Shown: positions 43,412 to 54,415, numbered from the stretch's first letter. The stretch: DNA of 64,000 nucleotides from Candidatus Omnitrophota bacterium (GCA_043814965.1 JBDRJN010000033.1:1379-65378), one strand, 5' to 3'. Notes: a model not told the origin generated them from the sequence alone. Program-made: numbers and translations.

Positions 43412-46087
43412 ATGAAGGATATCCCAACAAGATGTAATCCTAAAGAGATAGAGGCCTCTGTATACAAGAGGTGGTTGGACGAAGGGCTTTTTAATGCGTT
43501 ACCTTCTAAAAAAGACCCTTTCACTATATCTATTCCTCCGCCTAATGTAACAGGTATCTTGCATATGGGGCACGCGCTTAATAACACTATCCAGGATATA
43601 CTTATACGCTGGAAGAGGATGGAAGGCTTTGAAGCATTGTGGATGCCGGGGACTGACCATGCTGGTATCGCAACGCAGAATGTCGTCGAGAAGAAACTTT
43701 CGAAGGATGGCAAAGGGAGAGATGACCTCGGAAGGGATGAGTTTTTAAAAGAGGTCTGGAAATGGCGTGACGAACATGGCTCTACTATAGTGAATCAGCT
43801 TAAAAGGCTGGGCTCTTCTTGTGACTGGGATAAAGTGCGCTTTACGATGGATGAGGGATACTCAGAATCAGTCCTGGAGGTATTTGTAAGGCTGTGGGAT
43901 AAAGGCCTTATATATCAGGGTAATTATATTATAAACTGGTGCCCAAGATGTCATACTGCGCTTTCAGATGAAGAGGCGCCTCATCATGATAAGGAAGGAT
44001 TTTTATACTATATAAAATATCCCATAAAAGATTCAAAGGAATATATAACTGTTGCGACTACCAGGCCTGAGACCATGCTGGGAGATGCCGCAGTTGCGAT
44101 CAATCCAAAAGACAAGAGATATAGATCATTATTGGATAAAAAGATAATCCTGCCATTAATAGAAAGAGAGCTCAAGGTAATAAAAGATGATTTTGTCGAC
44201 CCTAAATTCGGTACAGGCATAGTCAAGGTCACTCCTGCGCATGACCCGAATGATTTTGAGATGGGCCTAAGGCATGGATTGAAGCCGATACTTGTAATGA
44301 AGCCTGATGGTACTATGAATGAAAACGCAGGGGACTTCTCCGGGATGGACAGGTTTGAGGCGAGAGAAGCAGTATTAGAAGCATTGAAAGAAAGAAAATT
44401 GATAGTAAAGGCCGTTCCGCATCAGCATGCAGTAGGACATTGTTATAGATGCAATACTATCGTGGAGCCTTATCTATCCAAACAGTGGTTCGTAAGGATG
44501 AAGGAACTTGCAAGGCCTGCTATAGATGTGGTAAAAAAAGGCAAGATAAAGTTCTATCCTAAAAGATGGACAAAGGTTTATCTAAACTGGATGGAGAATA
44601 TAAGAGACTGGTGTATATCAAGGCAGATATGGTGGGGACATCGTTTGCCTGTTTATTACTGTCGGGAATGTATGAAACAGGTAGATAAGGCCACAAGCCA
44701 CAAGCCACAAGCCACAAGTAAAGGCGTTATAGTATCAAAAGTGCAGCCCGGGAAGTGTCCTAAATGCAGCTCGACTGATATCGTGCAGGATGAGGATGTG
44801 CTGGATACATGGTTTTCTTCATGGCTATGGCCTTTTGCGACTTTAGGATGGCCTAAAGGATCAAAGGAACTGGACTTTTTCTATCCGACATCAGTTCTCG
44901 TGACAGCGCCTGAGATATTGTTTTTTTGGGTTGCCAGGATGATCATGTCTGGCATGGAGTTCATGAAAGACATACCTTTCAGCGGCGTGTATATACATGG
45001 CACTGTCAGGGATGCTGCAGGAAAAAAGATGTCAAAATCCCTTGGTAATACTATAGACCCTATAGAGATAATAGATGAGTTTGGCGCGGATGCCTTGAGG
45101 TATTCTCTCATAGCTATTACTGCTACAGGGCAGGATGTGTTTTTGTCAAAAGAGAAATTTCATATAGGTAGGAACTTTGTAAACAAGATATGGAATGCAT
45201 CAAGGTTTGTCCTTATGAATATATCCGAAGACACAGGGACTGATTTTAATGTCAAGGAATTGAGCCTGGCTGATAGATGGATATTGAGCCTTTTACAAAA
45301 GGCCATTGGTGAGGCCAAGAAGGCATTGAATCAATATAGATTCAATGAAGTGGAGTCTATTATATATGAATTTTTCTGGCATGAGTTCTGCGATTGGTAT
45401 ATCGAGATAGTAAAGCCTATACTGATGGAGCAGGAGCCATCTATTAAAAAGAAGAATGTGGAAAAGGTCCTTGTATATACACTAGAGAGTTCTTTAAAGT
45501 TGATGCATCCTTTTATGCCTTTTGTCACAGAAGAGATATGGCAGAATATAAAAAAGAGAAATAGTATCATGATAGAGAAATGGCCTTTAGTAGATAAGTC
45601 ATTGGCCAATAAAGATAGTGAATCAAAGATAAATCTTATAAAAGACATAACTATAAGCATAAGGAATATACGCTCGACGATGAATATACCTTATTCGAAG
45701 CTTCTTTCAGTAAAACTCGTTCCCTTAAAAAAGGGAGTCGAATCAAAGATAAACGAAGGGGCCCCGTACATAACCAACCTTGCCAAGTTGGAGGGTTTGA
45801 CAATAGACCATAAGATCAAAAAACCAAGGCATGCAGCTAGCGCGATACTCGAGGATTGCAATATCTTTATTCCTTTGGAAGGCGTTATCGATATAGACAG
45901 TGAAAGAAATAGATTAAATAAAAAGATGGAGGGATCCCTCGTATCTTTATCTTTCAGCGAAAAGAAGATAAAGGACAAGAACTTTATAAATAAGGCGCCA
46001 GAGAACATAGTTAACATGGAAAAAGAAAAAGTTCAAAGGTTTAAAGACGAGATCAAGAGGATAAAGGATACATTAAAGAGCCTATGA
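43412..46087 (+). CDS. valS: Valine--tRNA ligase
   Basis: PPPNVTG.LHMGHA, DWCISRQIWWGH, KMSKS, C-terminal coiled coil. Confidence 0.98.
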   Translation: MKDIPTRCNPKEIEASVYKRWLDEGLFNALPSKKDPFTISIPPPNVTGILHMGHALNNTIQDILIRWKRMEGFEALWMPGTDHAGIATQNVVEKKLSKDGKGRDDLGRDEFLKEVWKWRDEHGSTIVNQLKRLGSSCDWDKVRFTMDEGYSESVLEVFVRLWDKGLIYQGNYIINWCPRCHTALSDEEAPHHDKEGFLYYIKYPIKDSKEYITVATTRPETMLGDAAVAINPKDKRYRSLLDKKIILPLIERELKVIKDDFVDPKFGTGIVKVTPAHDPNDFEMGLRHGLKPILVMKPDGTMNENAGDFSGMDRFEAREAVLEALKERKLIVKAVPHQHAVGHCYRCNTIVEPYLSKQWFVRMKELARPAIDVVKKGKIKFYPKRWTKVYLNWMENIRDWCISRQIWWGHRLPVYYCRECMKQVDKATSHKPQATSKGVIVSKVQPGKCPKCSSTDIVQDEDVLDTWFSSWLWPFATLGWPKGSKELDFFYPTSVLVTAPEILFFWVARMIMSGMEFMKDIPFSGVYIHGTVRDAAGKKMSKSLGNTIDPIEIIDEFGADALRYSLIAITATGQDVFLSKEKFHIGRNFVNKIWNASRFVLMNISEDTGTDFNVKELSLADRWILSLLQKAIGEAKKALNQYRFNEVESIIYEFFWHEFCDWYIEIVKPILMEQEPSIKKKNVEKVLVYTLESSLKLMHPFMPFVTEEIWQNIKKRNSIMIEKWPLVDKSLANKDSESKINLIKDITISIRNIRSTMNIPYSKLLSVKLVPLKKGVESKINEGAPYITNLAKLEGLTIDHKIKKPRHAASAILEDCNIFIPLEGVIDIDSERNRLNKKMEGSLVSLSFSEKKIKDKNFINKAPENIVNMEKEKVQRFKDEIKRIKDTLKSL
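44691..44718 (+). repeat. (CCACAAG)4 heptamer microsatellite inside valS
   Basis: Read directly; encodes ATSHKPQATS. Confidence 0.9.
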
Positions 46088-46968
46088 CCACTAAACTTTT
46101 AAGTAAAGACGCGTTACCTATAATAATGACTGCCCTCAACGAGGACCTAGGGTCCGGGGATATAACCAATAAAGTCCTTTTTGAGAAAGATGAGATAGTT
46201 TTGGCAGATATAGTCGCTAAAGAGAGCTGTGTGCTTTGCGGCATTGATGTAGCTAGATGGGTGTTCAACGCGCTTGATGAAAATATAGTCACAAGGCCGT
46301 TATATAAAGATGGTTCAGCCGTAAAAAAAGACAAAAAGATCCTTTCTATAAAAGGCTCAGCAAAAAACATCCTTACAGCTGAGAGGACCGCGCTGAATTT
46401 TTTAAGCAGGCTTTCCGGGGTTGCTACCACTACCAGTGAATTCGTCAGGAAGATAAAAGGAAAAGACACAAGGCTTTTTAGCACCAGAAAGACCATGCCG
46501 GGGATGAGGGCGTTGGACAAATATGCTGTCAGGGTCGGGGAAGGGATAAACCACAGGACCAATCTGGGGGATGGTGTCTTGATAAAGGATAATCATCTCT
46601 TTAGCTTAAGAAATCGTTTTAATGCCAAAAAGATAGATGTGATAAAAAAAGCTATAGCTAGTTTCAAGGAAAAAGGTTTTAAGGACATTGAAGTAGAAGT
46701 GGATAACTTGAAAGAGTTCGAGGCAGCGCTTTATAACAACGCGGATATTATAATGCTCGATAACATGAAACTTGATGATATTAAAAAAGCAGTCAAGCTA
46801 AGAAATAAAGAATATAGCAAGACAGGAAAAAAGATCCTTATAGAGGTTTCAGGCGGAGTCAATCTAGAAAGCCTCTCAAAACTTGCAGCAACCGGGGTAG
46901 ATAGGATCTCAACGGGTTTTATTACCCATTCAGCCCGCTCAATAGACTTTTCGCTGGAGATCTGCTAG
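46084..46968 (+). CDS. nadC: Nicotinate-nucleotide pyrophosphorylase (carboxylating)
   Basis: ERTALN, TRKT.PG, IKDNH, EVEV, MLDNM, SGG. Confidence 0.96.
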   Translation: MTTKLLSKDALPIIMTALNEDLGSGDITNKVLFEKDEIVLADIVAKESCVLCGIDVARWVFNALDENIVTRPLYKDGSAVKKDKKILSIKGSAKNILTAERTALNFLSRLSGVATTTSEFVRKIKGKDTRLFSTRKTMPGMRALDKYAVRVGEGINHRTNLGDGVLIKDNHLFSLRNRFNAKKIDVIKKAIASFKEKGFKDIEVEVDNLKEFEAALYNNADIIMLDNMKLDDIKKAVKLRNKEYSKTGKKILIEVSGGVNLESLSKLAATGVDRISTGFITHSARSIDFSLEIC

Positions 46969-47078
46969 AAGAAATCTGAACATCTTTTTGAAGCCCTCTA
47001 TTAGACAGATAGAAAATAGATCGAAAAAGAAAGATTTAACTTGAGCGGGTAGATTCTTTTAGCTTATCAGGAAGGATT

Positions 47079-49073
47079 ATGCCGAGATTTAAATTAGTCA
47101 GTTCATTTAGGCCAGAGGGCGACCAACCTAAGGCGATAAAGGAAATAGTCGAAGGCTTAAAAAAAGGCTGCAATGCCCAGACTCTATTGGGGGTCACTGG
47201 CAGCGGTAAGACTTTTACTATGGCCAATGTGATAGAGAGGGTCCAGAGGCCTACGCTTGTCATATCTCACAACAAGACGCTCGCAGCCCAGCTTTATAGT
47301 GAATTCAGGGAGTTCTTTCCTAATAATGCAGTAGAGTATTTTGTGAGTTATTACGACTATTACCAACCCGAGGCATATGTCCCGCATACTGATACTTATA
47401 TCGAAAAAGACGCCTCAATAAATGACAATATAGACAGGCTAAGGCTCAGGGCTACTAGCGCTCTGATGTCAAGGAGAGATGTGGTGATAGTCTCAAGCGT
47501 GTCGTGTATATATGGATTGGGTTCTCCAGAGGACTATAAAGAGCAATTATTATTTCTAAAAGAAGGGGACAGTATAAAGATCAAGGATCTATTGATAAGC
47601 CTTGTAAATATCCATTATACAAGGAATGACATTGATTTCAGGCGTGGATGTATGAGGGTCAGGGGAGATATAGTCGATATATTTCCAGCATATGAAGAGA
47701 CTTGTTTCAGGCTGTATTTTTTTGGGGACAAGGTCGAGAAGATAGATGAGATAGACCCATTGACAGGAAAGACTTTAAGCAATGTAGAAAAGATAGCCGT
47801 ATATCCTGCAAAGCATTTTGTCACAACAAAAGAGAGATTGGACAAGGCCATAGAGACCATAAGGATAGAGCTGGAAGAAAGAGTAAGAGATCTTAATGAC
47901 CAGAATAAGCTTCTTGAGGCGCAGCGTCTTTATTCCAGGACCAATTATGACATAGAGATGCTCAATGAGATAGGCTATTGTAATGGTATAGAGAATTATT
48001 CAAGACATATAAGCGCCAGGGCGCCTGGCTTGAGGCCTAACTGCCTTATTGATTATTTCCCGGAAGATTTTCTTACTATAATAGATGAGAGCCATGTCAC
48101 ACTTCCTCAGCTTAGGGGTATGTATAAGGGCGACAGGGCACGTAAGCAGGTATTGGTAGATTATGGGTTCAGGCTGCCTTCTGCGCTCGACAACAGGCCT
48201 TTAAGTTTCGAGGAATTTATGGATGTTGTAGGCCAAAAGACATATGTCTCAGCTACCCCATCGGATTATGAACTAGAGAATTCCAGTCAGGTGGTAGAAC
48301 AGCTGATAAGGCCAACAGGACTTATAGACCCTGAGATCATAGTAAGGCCTGTAAACGGACAGATAGATGACCTGGTCGAGGAAATAAAGTATAGGATCGA
48401 TAAAGATCAAAGGGTCCTTGTGACTACATTGACTAAAAGGATGTCAGAGGACCTGGCAAGCTATCTCTCGGGGCTTAAATTAAGAGTCAAGTATATTCAT
48501 TCTGAGATCAATACCATAGAGCGCACAGAGATACTCCAGGACCTTAGAAAGAAGAAATTCGATTGTCTGGTAGGTATAAATCTTTTAAGAGAAGGCCTGG
48601 ACTTGCCTGAAGTGACTTTGGTCGCAATATTGGATGCTGATAAAGAGGGTTTTTTAAGGTCATGGTCGTCTTTGATACAAGTCGCTGGCCGGGCTGCGAG
48701 ACATGTGGATGGAAAAGTAATAATGTACGCAGATACACTTACAAAATCCATGGAAAGGGCAATAAGAGAGACCAATAGGCGCAGGGTCAAACAGTTTGAA
48801 TTCAATAAAAAACATGGCATTACTCCGAGATCTATTGAAAAGGCGATAAAAGAAGGGATAGAAAGCGCTAAAAAGGCTGAGGAGATAGTCATGGATTCAT
48901 GCGGCCAGACAGAAGATGAATTTGAAAGAGAGTCATTGATATCCGAGTTACAGAAAGAGATGGAGCTCTGCGCAAGGAACTTGCAGTTTGAGCGCGCAGC
49001 AGAATTACGCGACAAGATAAAAGAACTAGAGACGTTTTCCAACCCAATAAGGAAACTGTCCCAAACCCAATAA
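47079..49073 (+). CDS. uvrB: Excinuclease ABC subunit B
   Basis: [36 protein letters not shown]. Confidence 0.98.
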   Translation: MPRFKLVSSFRPEGDQPKAIKEIVEGLKKGCNAQTLLGVTGSGKTFTMANVIERVQRPTLVISHNKTLAAQLYSEFREFFPNNAVEYFVSYYDYYQPEAYVPHTDTYIEKDASINDNIDRLRLRATSALMSRRDVVIVSSVSCIYGLGSPEDYKEQLLFLKEGDSIKIKDLLISLVNIHYTRNDIDFRRGCMRVRGDIVDIFPAYEETCFRLYFFGDKVEKIDEIDPLTGKTLSNVEKIAVYPAKHFVTTKERLDKAIETIRIELEERVRDLNDQNKLLEAQRLYSRTNYDIEMLNEIGYCNGIENYSRHISARAPGLRPNCLIDYFPEDFLTIIDESHVTLPQLRGMYKGDRARKQVLVDYGFRLPSALDNRPLSFEEFMDVVGQKTYVSATPSDYELENSSQVVEQLIRPTGLIDPEIIVRPVNGQIDDLVEEIKYRIDKDQRVLVTTLTKRMSEDLASYLSGLKLRVKYIHSEINTIERTEILQDLRKKKFDCLVGINLLREGLDLPEVTLVAILDADKEGFLRSWSSLIQVAGRAARHVDGKVIMYADTLTKSMERAIRETNRRRVKQFEFNKKHGITPRSIEKAIKEGIESAKKAEEIVMDSCGQTEDEFERESLISELQKEMELCARNLQFERAAELRDKIKELETFSNPIRKLSQTQ

Positions 49074-49153
49074 GGAAACTGTCCCCTTTTATTTATATGA
49101 CATTTTCCTTATTGAGGAAAGGGCACTTTCCCGAACAGCTTGGAAAACGTCTC
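49029..49153. repeat. Palindromic element overlapping the uvrB 3' end (14-bp IR, internal 22-bp direct repeat)
   Basis: GAGACGTTTTCCAA/TTGGAAAACGTCTC; AACCCAATAAGGAAACTGTCCC at 49041 and 49064. Confidence 0.75.
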
Positions 49154-49189
49154 GGATGTCTTTCGGATGTCTTTATTAAAAAATAGGAC

Positions 49190-50152
49190 ATGATGGATAC
49201 TAAGATAATCAATTTTTTTAAGAAGAACAGTGGCAGCTATATATCAGGTGAAGAGATAAGCAACGCATTGGGTGTATCCCGTACAACCATATGGAAACAT
49301 ATTGAAAAACTCCGCGCAGAAGGTTACGAGATAACCGCATCTCCTCATCTAGGGTATCGCTTGGAGTCATTTCCGGATAGATTGACAGAACTGGAACTGG
49401 GCTTTGACTTAGGCACTGATATAGTAGGAAAAAAGATATATTCTTATAAAGAAATATCCTCTACCAATGATACTGCTTATAGTCTTGCTTTGTCAGGAGA
49501 AAAAAATGGGTCTATAGTCATTGCTGAATACCAGTCCAAAGGCAGGGGTAGGCTTGGTAGAAAATGGATCTCTCCTAGAGGTAAAGGCGCTTATTTTTCA
49601 GTGATACTAAGGCCTGATATCTTGCCTAGGGAGATATCGCTTATTACCCTTATCTCATCTTTGGCTATCGCAAAAAGCATAAGAGAATACGTGAACCTGC
49701 CGGCACTTATAAAATGGCCGAACGATATCCTGATAAATAATTCCAAGATATGCGGGATACTTACAGAAATGAACGGGGAGACAGATAAGATCAATTTTGT
49801 TATAATAGGAATAGGTATCAATATAAATACCAAAAAAGACCTTTTACCAGAAGGAGCTAGCTCTATATTAGAAGAAAAGGGTAATAGCGTATCCAGGGTA
49901 GAGCTTTTGAGAGTCATTTTAAGGAACCTTGATAGGTATTACAAGATGTTCTCGGAAGGCAAGAGAGAGGTTATCCTGAATGAATATAAAGTCCTTTCAG
50001 GAGTACTTGATAAAAGAGTGAAAGTAAGCTATCATGATCAGGTTATTCAGGGGCATGCCGTAGACATAGACAATGAAGGCGCCTTGATAATCAGGCTTGA
50101 TAGCGGGTTCAATGAAAGGGTGCTTGCGGGGGACGTAAGCATGTTAAGGTAA
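49190..50152 (+). CDS. birA: Bifunctional biotin ligase / repressor
   Basis: N-terminal HTH (SGEEI..LGVSRTTIWK), STN, GRGRLGR, KWPND, GIGIN. Confidence 0.95.
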   Translation: MMDTKIINFFKKNSGSYISGEEISNALGVSRTTIWKHIEKLRAEGYEITASPHLGYRLESFPDRLTELELGFDLGTDIVGKKIYSYKEISSTNDTAYSLALSGEKNGSIVIAEYQSKGRGRLGRKWISPRGKGAYFSVILRPDILPREISLITLISSLAIAKSIREYVNLPALIKWPNDILINNSKICGILTEMNGETDKINFVIIGIGININTKKDLLPEGASSILEEKGNSVSRVELLRVILRNLDRYYKMFSEGKREVILNEYKVLSGVLDKRVKVSYHDQVIQGHAVDIDNEGALIIRLDSGFNERVLAGDVSMLR

Positions 50153-50153
50153 G

Positions 50154-50900
50154 ATGTTATTAGCAGTAGACATAGGTAATAGCAACATCCATAGCGGGAT
50201 CTTCGAAGAGTCTTTTCTAAAAAAAGATTTTAAGATACCGACTTATACGGATGACCTGGGGGTAGAATATAGAAAAAAGCTGAGGCCTTATATAAGATCT
50301 ATCGATAAAGTGATCTTAGTAAGTGTTGTCCCAAAGATATCCATAGATGTAAAAAGGGTATTAAGATCTACTTTAGGTATAAGGATCCTGGTAGTCGGGG
50401 AAAACATAGATAGCGGAGTAAAGAACTGTTATAATAAGCCAAAACAGGTCGGACAGGACAGGCTTGTCAATGCGAGGGCAGGTTTTGATCTATACGGTGG
50501 AGAATCCATAATCGTTGATTTTGGAACAGCTATTACTATAGATATGGTGAATAGAAAAAAGGAATATCTGGGCGGGCTTATTGTCCCTGGGCTTGAGCTT
50601 TCGTTGAATGCATTATCAGGAAGGGCAGCTTTGCTTCCGAAAATAATCTTATCTAAACCAAGGTCTCTTTTGGGTAAGGAGACGAAGGACAGTATGATAA
50701 GCGGGGCAGTTTATGGGATCAGCAGCCTTTGCGACGGGGTAGTCAATAAACTTAAAAATAAATACTCGAAAGATGCAAAGGCCATCGCAACTGGAGGAGT
50801 AGCGGAATTTATCTCCCCATATTGTAAAAGCATAGAAAAGGTAGATAGGGCATTGACCCTTAAAGGATTACAACTTATAAGCGAGGAGAAAGATGTTTAA
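50154..50900 (+). CDS. coaX: Type III pantothenate kinase
   Basis: DIGNS, G.DR, VDFGTAIT.D, TGG, LTL.GL. Confidence 0.95.
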   Translation: MLLAVDIGNSNIHSGIFEESFLKKDFKIPTYTDDLGVEYRKKLRPYIRSIDKVILVSVVPKISIDVKRVLRSTLGIRILVVGENIDSGVKNCYNKPKQVGQDRLVNARAGFDLYGGESIIVDFGTAITIDMVNRKKEYLGGLIVPGLELSLNALSGRAALLPKIILSKPRSLLGKETKDSMISGAVYGISSLCDGVVNKLKNKYSKDAKAIATGGVAEFISPYCKSIEKVDRALTLKGLQLISEEKDV

Positions 50901-51714
50901 GATCATATCAAACGAAAACATAGGGCCGAGCATTTTTAAAATGGAGTTTATCGCGCCTTTTATAGCTAAAAAAGCTGCGGCAGGGCAATTTATAATGGTA
51001 AGGATAGATGAATCAGGAGAGCGTATCCCGCTTACCATAGCAGATAACACGGAGACCACTATAACTATCATCTATCAAGCCGTAGGAGTCACTACATACA
51101 AGTTGACTCAATTAAAAAAGGGCGGGAGCCTGCTGGATGCTGTAGGGCCATTAGGCCATAAGACAGAACTTGTAAATATCGGGACAGTGTGCTGCGTAGG
51201 CGGAGGAGTGGGTATAGGAGAGTTGTATCCGGTTGCTAAGGCTTACAAGTCTTGCGGGAACAAAGTAATAATTATTATAGGCGCAAGATCAGAAAACCTT
51301 ATTATATATAAAGAAGAGTTAAAGAAAGTGAGCGACCAGCTGTATATTACTACTGACGATGGAACATCAGGAGAAAAAGGTTTTGTCTCAGGTGTCCTTA
51401 AAAGGTTAATAGATTCCGGAGAAAAAATAAACCTTGTCTATGCAGTTGGCCCTGCGATAATGATGAAGGTGACAGCAGACCTTACAAGGCCTTATAAAAT
51501 AAAGACACTGGTTTCTCTGAATACTGTGCTTGTTGATGGTACTGGCATGTGCGGTTCTTGCAGGATAGAAGTCGGAAACGAGACTAAATTCGCCTGTGTA
51601 GACGGGCCTGAGTTTGATGGGCATTTGGTTAATTTCAAGGAGATGATGTCCAGGCAAAGTCTTTTTAAGGAAGAAGAAAGACACGCATGCAAAATAAGAG
51701 GGATACTTCAATAA
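50893..51714 (+). CDS. nfnA: Electron-bifurcating transhydrogenase small subunit NfnA (SudB-like)
   Basis: GERIPLT, GPLG, GGGVG, DGTGMCGSCR..FACVDGPEFD; paired with nfnB. Confidence 0.85.
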   Translation: MFKIISNENIGPSIFKMEFIAPFIAKKAAAGQFIMVRIDESGERIPLTIADNTETTITIIYQAVGVTTYKLTQLKKGGSLLDAVGPLGHKTELVNIGTVCCVGGGVGIGELYPVAKAYKSCGNKVIIIIGARSENLIIYKEELKKVSDQLYITTDDGTSGEKGFVSGVLKRLIDSGEKINLVYAVGPAIMMKVTADLTRPYKIKTLVSLNTVLVDGTGMCGSCRIEVGNETKFACVDGPEFDGHLVNFKEMMSRQSLFKEEERHACKIRGILQ

Positions 51715-51745
51715 CAAAGGCTAGACAACAAAAGGGAGTTAAAGA

Positions 51746-53131
51746 ATGAAAAAGCAGGCTGCAAAAGAAAGGATCAAAAATTTTAAAGAAGTCGCGCTTG
51801 GCCTTGATGAGGCTGAAGCTATAAAAGAGGCGTCCAGGTGTCTATTTTGTAAAAAACCTTTCTGTTCTCTCAAGTGTCCTGTGGAGATAGATATCCCTGA
51901 CTTTATCAATGCTATAAAAAATAAAGACTTTCAAAAGGCTATCGAGGTAATAAAAAAGGACAATAACCTTCCGGGGATATGCGGAAGAGTCTGCCCTCAG
52001 GAAGACCAGTGCGAAGGCGCTTGCATACTTGGCAAGAAGGGGACTCCTATAAATATAGGCGCGCTTGAGAGATTTGCAGCTGATCGGGAGATGGAAAATG
52101 GGTCACGGGTCACGGGTCACGGGTCACGGTTAGAAAAAGAAAAGGTAGCGGTCATAGGTTCAGGGCCTGCAGGGCTTACATGCGCAGGAGATCTGGCTAA
52201 GCATGGATACAAGGTAACTATATTCGAGGCGCTTCATACCGCAGGAGGGGTCTTAGTATATGGTATCCCTGAATTTCGTTTGCCAAAAGAGATCGTGAAA
52301 AAGGAAGTAGATTTTTTAAAGTCTTTGGGCGTAGAGGTCATTACAAATTTTATTATAGGAAAGACCTCCACTCTAGAAGAGCTGTTCAATAAAGGGTATA
52401 AAGCTGTATTTGTAGGAACTGGCGCAGGACTGCCAAGTTTTATGAAAATACCAGGAGAAAACCTCAACAGGGTGTATTCATCAAATGAACTTTTAACAAG
52501 AGCTAACTTGATGAAGGCATATCTTTTTCCGGATTATGACACGCCTATAAATATAGGAAAGAATGTAGCTGTAATAGGCGGCGGGAATACTGCGATGGAT
52601 TCAGCTCGCGTATCTTTACGCCTCGGGGCTAGAAAAGTCTATATAGTTTATAGGAGGAGCGAAAAAGAGCTGCCAGCGCGTAAAGAAGAGATAGAGAACG
52701 CAAAGGAAGAAGGCATAGAATTTCATGTATTGACCCTACCCAAAGAGATACTGGGTGACGATAAGGGGTTTGTGAAAGGCATGAACTGTATAAAGATGGA
52801 CCTTGGAGAACCAGATTCATCGGGCAGGCGAAGGCCAGTGCCTATAGAAGGTTCAGATTTTTTTATGGATGTAGATACAGTGTGTGTTGCAATAGGACAG
52901 AGCCCAAATCCGGTTTTTTTGAGTGCAACGCCAGGGCTTGAATTGGACAGATGGAACAAGATAAAGGTCGACCTTAAGACGCAGGCTACTAATATAGAAG
53001 GTGTTTATTCAGGAGGCGATGCTGCATGCGGCGGAGATGATACTGTCATAGCTGCAATGGGCGCTGGCAAAAAAGCAGCCAGATCAATGGATAAATATTT
53101 AATAGGGTTAAGGGATAAGGGTAATGGGTAA
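51746..53131 (+). CDS. nfnB: Transhydrogenase large subunit NfnB (GltD/SudA-like)
   Basis: RCLFC..C..CP, CGRVCPQEDQCE, GSGPAGL, GGGNTAMD. No gltB is nearby. Confidence 0.85.
   Translation: MKKQAAKERIKNFKEVALGLDEAEAIKEASRCLFCKKPFCSLKCPVEIDIPDFINAIKNKDFQKAIEVIKKDNNLPGICGRVCPQEDQCEGACILGKKGTPINIGALERFAADREMENGSRVTGHGSRLEKEKVAVIGSGPAGLTCAGDLAKHGYKVTIFEALHTAGGVLVYGIPEFRLPKEIVKKEVDFLKSLGVEVITNFIIGKTSTLEELFNKGYKAVFVGTGAGLPSFMKIPGENLNRVYSSNELLTRANLMKAYLFPDYDTPINIGKNVAVIGGGNTAMDSARVSLRLGARKVYIVYRRSEKELPARKEEIENAKEEGIEFHVLTLPKEILGDDKGFVKGMNCIKMDLGEPDSSGRRRPVPIEGSDFFMDVDTVCVAIGQSPNPVFLSATPGLELDRWNKIKVDLKTQATNIEGVYSGGDAACGGDDTVIAAMGAGKKAARSMDKYLIGLRDKGNG
52100..52127 (+). repeat. (GGGTCAC)4 heptamer microsatellite inside nfnB
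   Basis: Read directly; encodes GSRVTGHGSR in the interdomain linker. Confidence 0.9.
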
Positions 53132-54194
53132 CGGAAAAAGAGTGTTAGTTGCGATGAGCGGAGGTGTGGATAGTTCTGTAGCAGCCGCTATCTTAAACGA
53201 AAAAGGCTATGAAGTAATCGGCGCCACGATGAAAATATGGCCCAAAGAGCATTGTACTAAAGTAAAGGAAAGATCCTGTTGTTCTTTGAAAGATATAGAA
53301 GATGCCAAAAAGGTCTGCTACTTATTAGATATACGACATTACGTCTTGAATTTCGAGAGCGTCTTTAAGAAAGAGGTCATAGATTATTTTAGTAGTGAAT
53401 ACCTTAAAGGCCGTACTCCCAATCCTTGCATAGTATGCAATGAAAAGGTAAAGTTCGGCGCATTGCTTAAAAAAGCCAAAGAGCTCGAGTGTATGTATGT
53501 AGCAACCGGGCACTATGCCAATATAGAGCATGATAGGGAGTATAGATTAAAAGAGAGCGCTGACAAGACAAAAGACCAGTCCTATGTCTTGTTCTCATTG
53601 CGATATAAAGACCTGAAACATATTCTCTTTCCTGTAGGAGATTTCAAGAAGAAAGAGATCAAAAAGAAGGCCGAGGAGTTAGGCCTCTCGCTTCATAATA
53701 AACTTGAGAGCCAGGAGATATGTTTTATCCCGGATAATGATTATTCTAGATTCCTGGAAGAATATTACAATGTAACTCCCAAAAAAGGGGATATAGTCAA
53801 TGCCTCGGGTAAAATATTGGGCAAGCATGACGGGTTCTGGAATTTTACAATAGGACAGCGTAAAGGCCTTGGGATAGGATATAAGGAGCCCCTTTATGTA
53901 GTCAATATAAACCCTGACAAAAATGAGGTAAAGGTAGGCACTATAAAAGAGACAAAGAGAAAGAGTTTTGTAGTAAATAATATAAATTGGTTATCAAAAG
54001 AAGATATCAGTGAAGCATATGTAAAGATAAGGTACAATCATCCGAAGAAAAGAGCCAAGATAACAACTATAGACAAGGATAAGCTAAGAGTTGATTTTAT
54101 AGAAGAAGAGAGCGCTATAACTCCTGGACAAGCAGCTGTTTTTTATGACTCTGAGTATGTCATAGGCGGCGGCTGGATAGAGAGGATAGTATGA
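53124..54194 (+). CDS. mnmA: tRNA 2-thiouridylase MnmA
   Basis: AMSGGVDSS, TPNPC..CN, ATGHY, KDQSY, ESQEICF, TPGQ. Confidence 0.97.
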   Translation: MGNGKRVLVAMSGGVDSSVAAAILNEKGYEVIGATMKIWPKEHCTKVKERSCCSLKDIEDAKKVCYLLDIRHYVLNFESVFKKEVIDYFSSEYLKGRTPNPCIVCNEKVKFGALLKKAKELECMYVATGHYANIEHDREYRLKESADKTKDQSYVLFSLRYKDLKHILFPVGDFKKKEIKKKAEELGLSLHNKLESQEICFIPDNDYSRFLEEYYNVTPKKGDIVNASGKILGKHDGFWNFTIGQRKGLGIGYKEPLYVVNINPDKNEVKVGTIKETKRKSFVVNNINWLSKEDISEAYVKIRYNHPKKRAKITTIDKDKLRVDFIEEESAITPGQAAVFYDSEYVIGGGWIERIV

Positions 54195-54250
54195 TATTCT
54201 TTCTGTTAGGCAAAGGCCTACTAAAAACAGTTCTAATCTGATTAATAAGT

Positions 54251-54415
54251 TGTTTTAGCTGGCAAGGTCTTCAAAAAGACGCTCCGCCAGAATTAGTGAT
54301 TTGTAAAGTTAGGCTTCGCTCCGTTTTGTTTTGACAGGCCAACTCTACAGTAATGCATGATCCGTCAGTTGCGCAAAACAAAAAGGCTTTTTTCAAGACC
54401 TTGCCAGCTAAAACA
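54251..54415. repeat. Structured repeat, copy B (same 127-nt core, different perfect 21-bp stem)
   Basis: Arms TGTTTTAGCTGGCAAGGTCTT / AAGACCTTGCCAGCTAAAACA; core 54269-54395. Confidence 0.8.

Noticed and set aside
51746-53131. Glutamate synthase small subunit call
   Set aside because: There is no large subunit nearby and it is paired with an NfnA-type gene, so NfnB is more likely.
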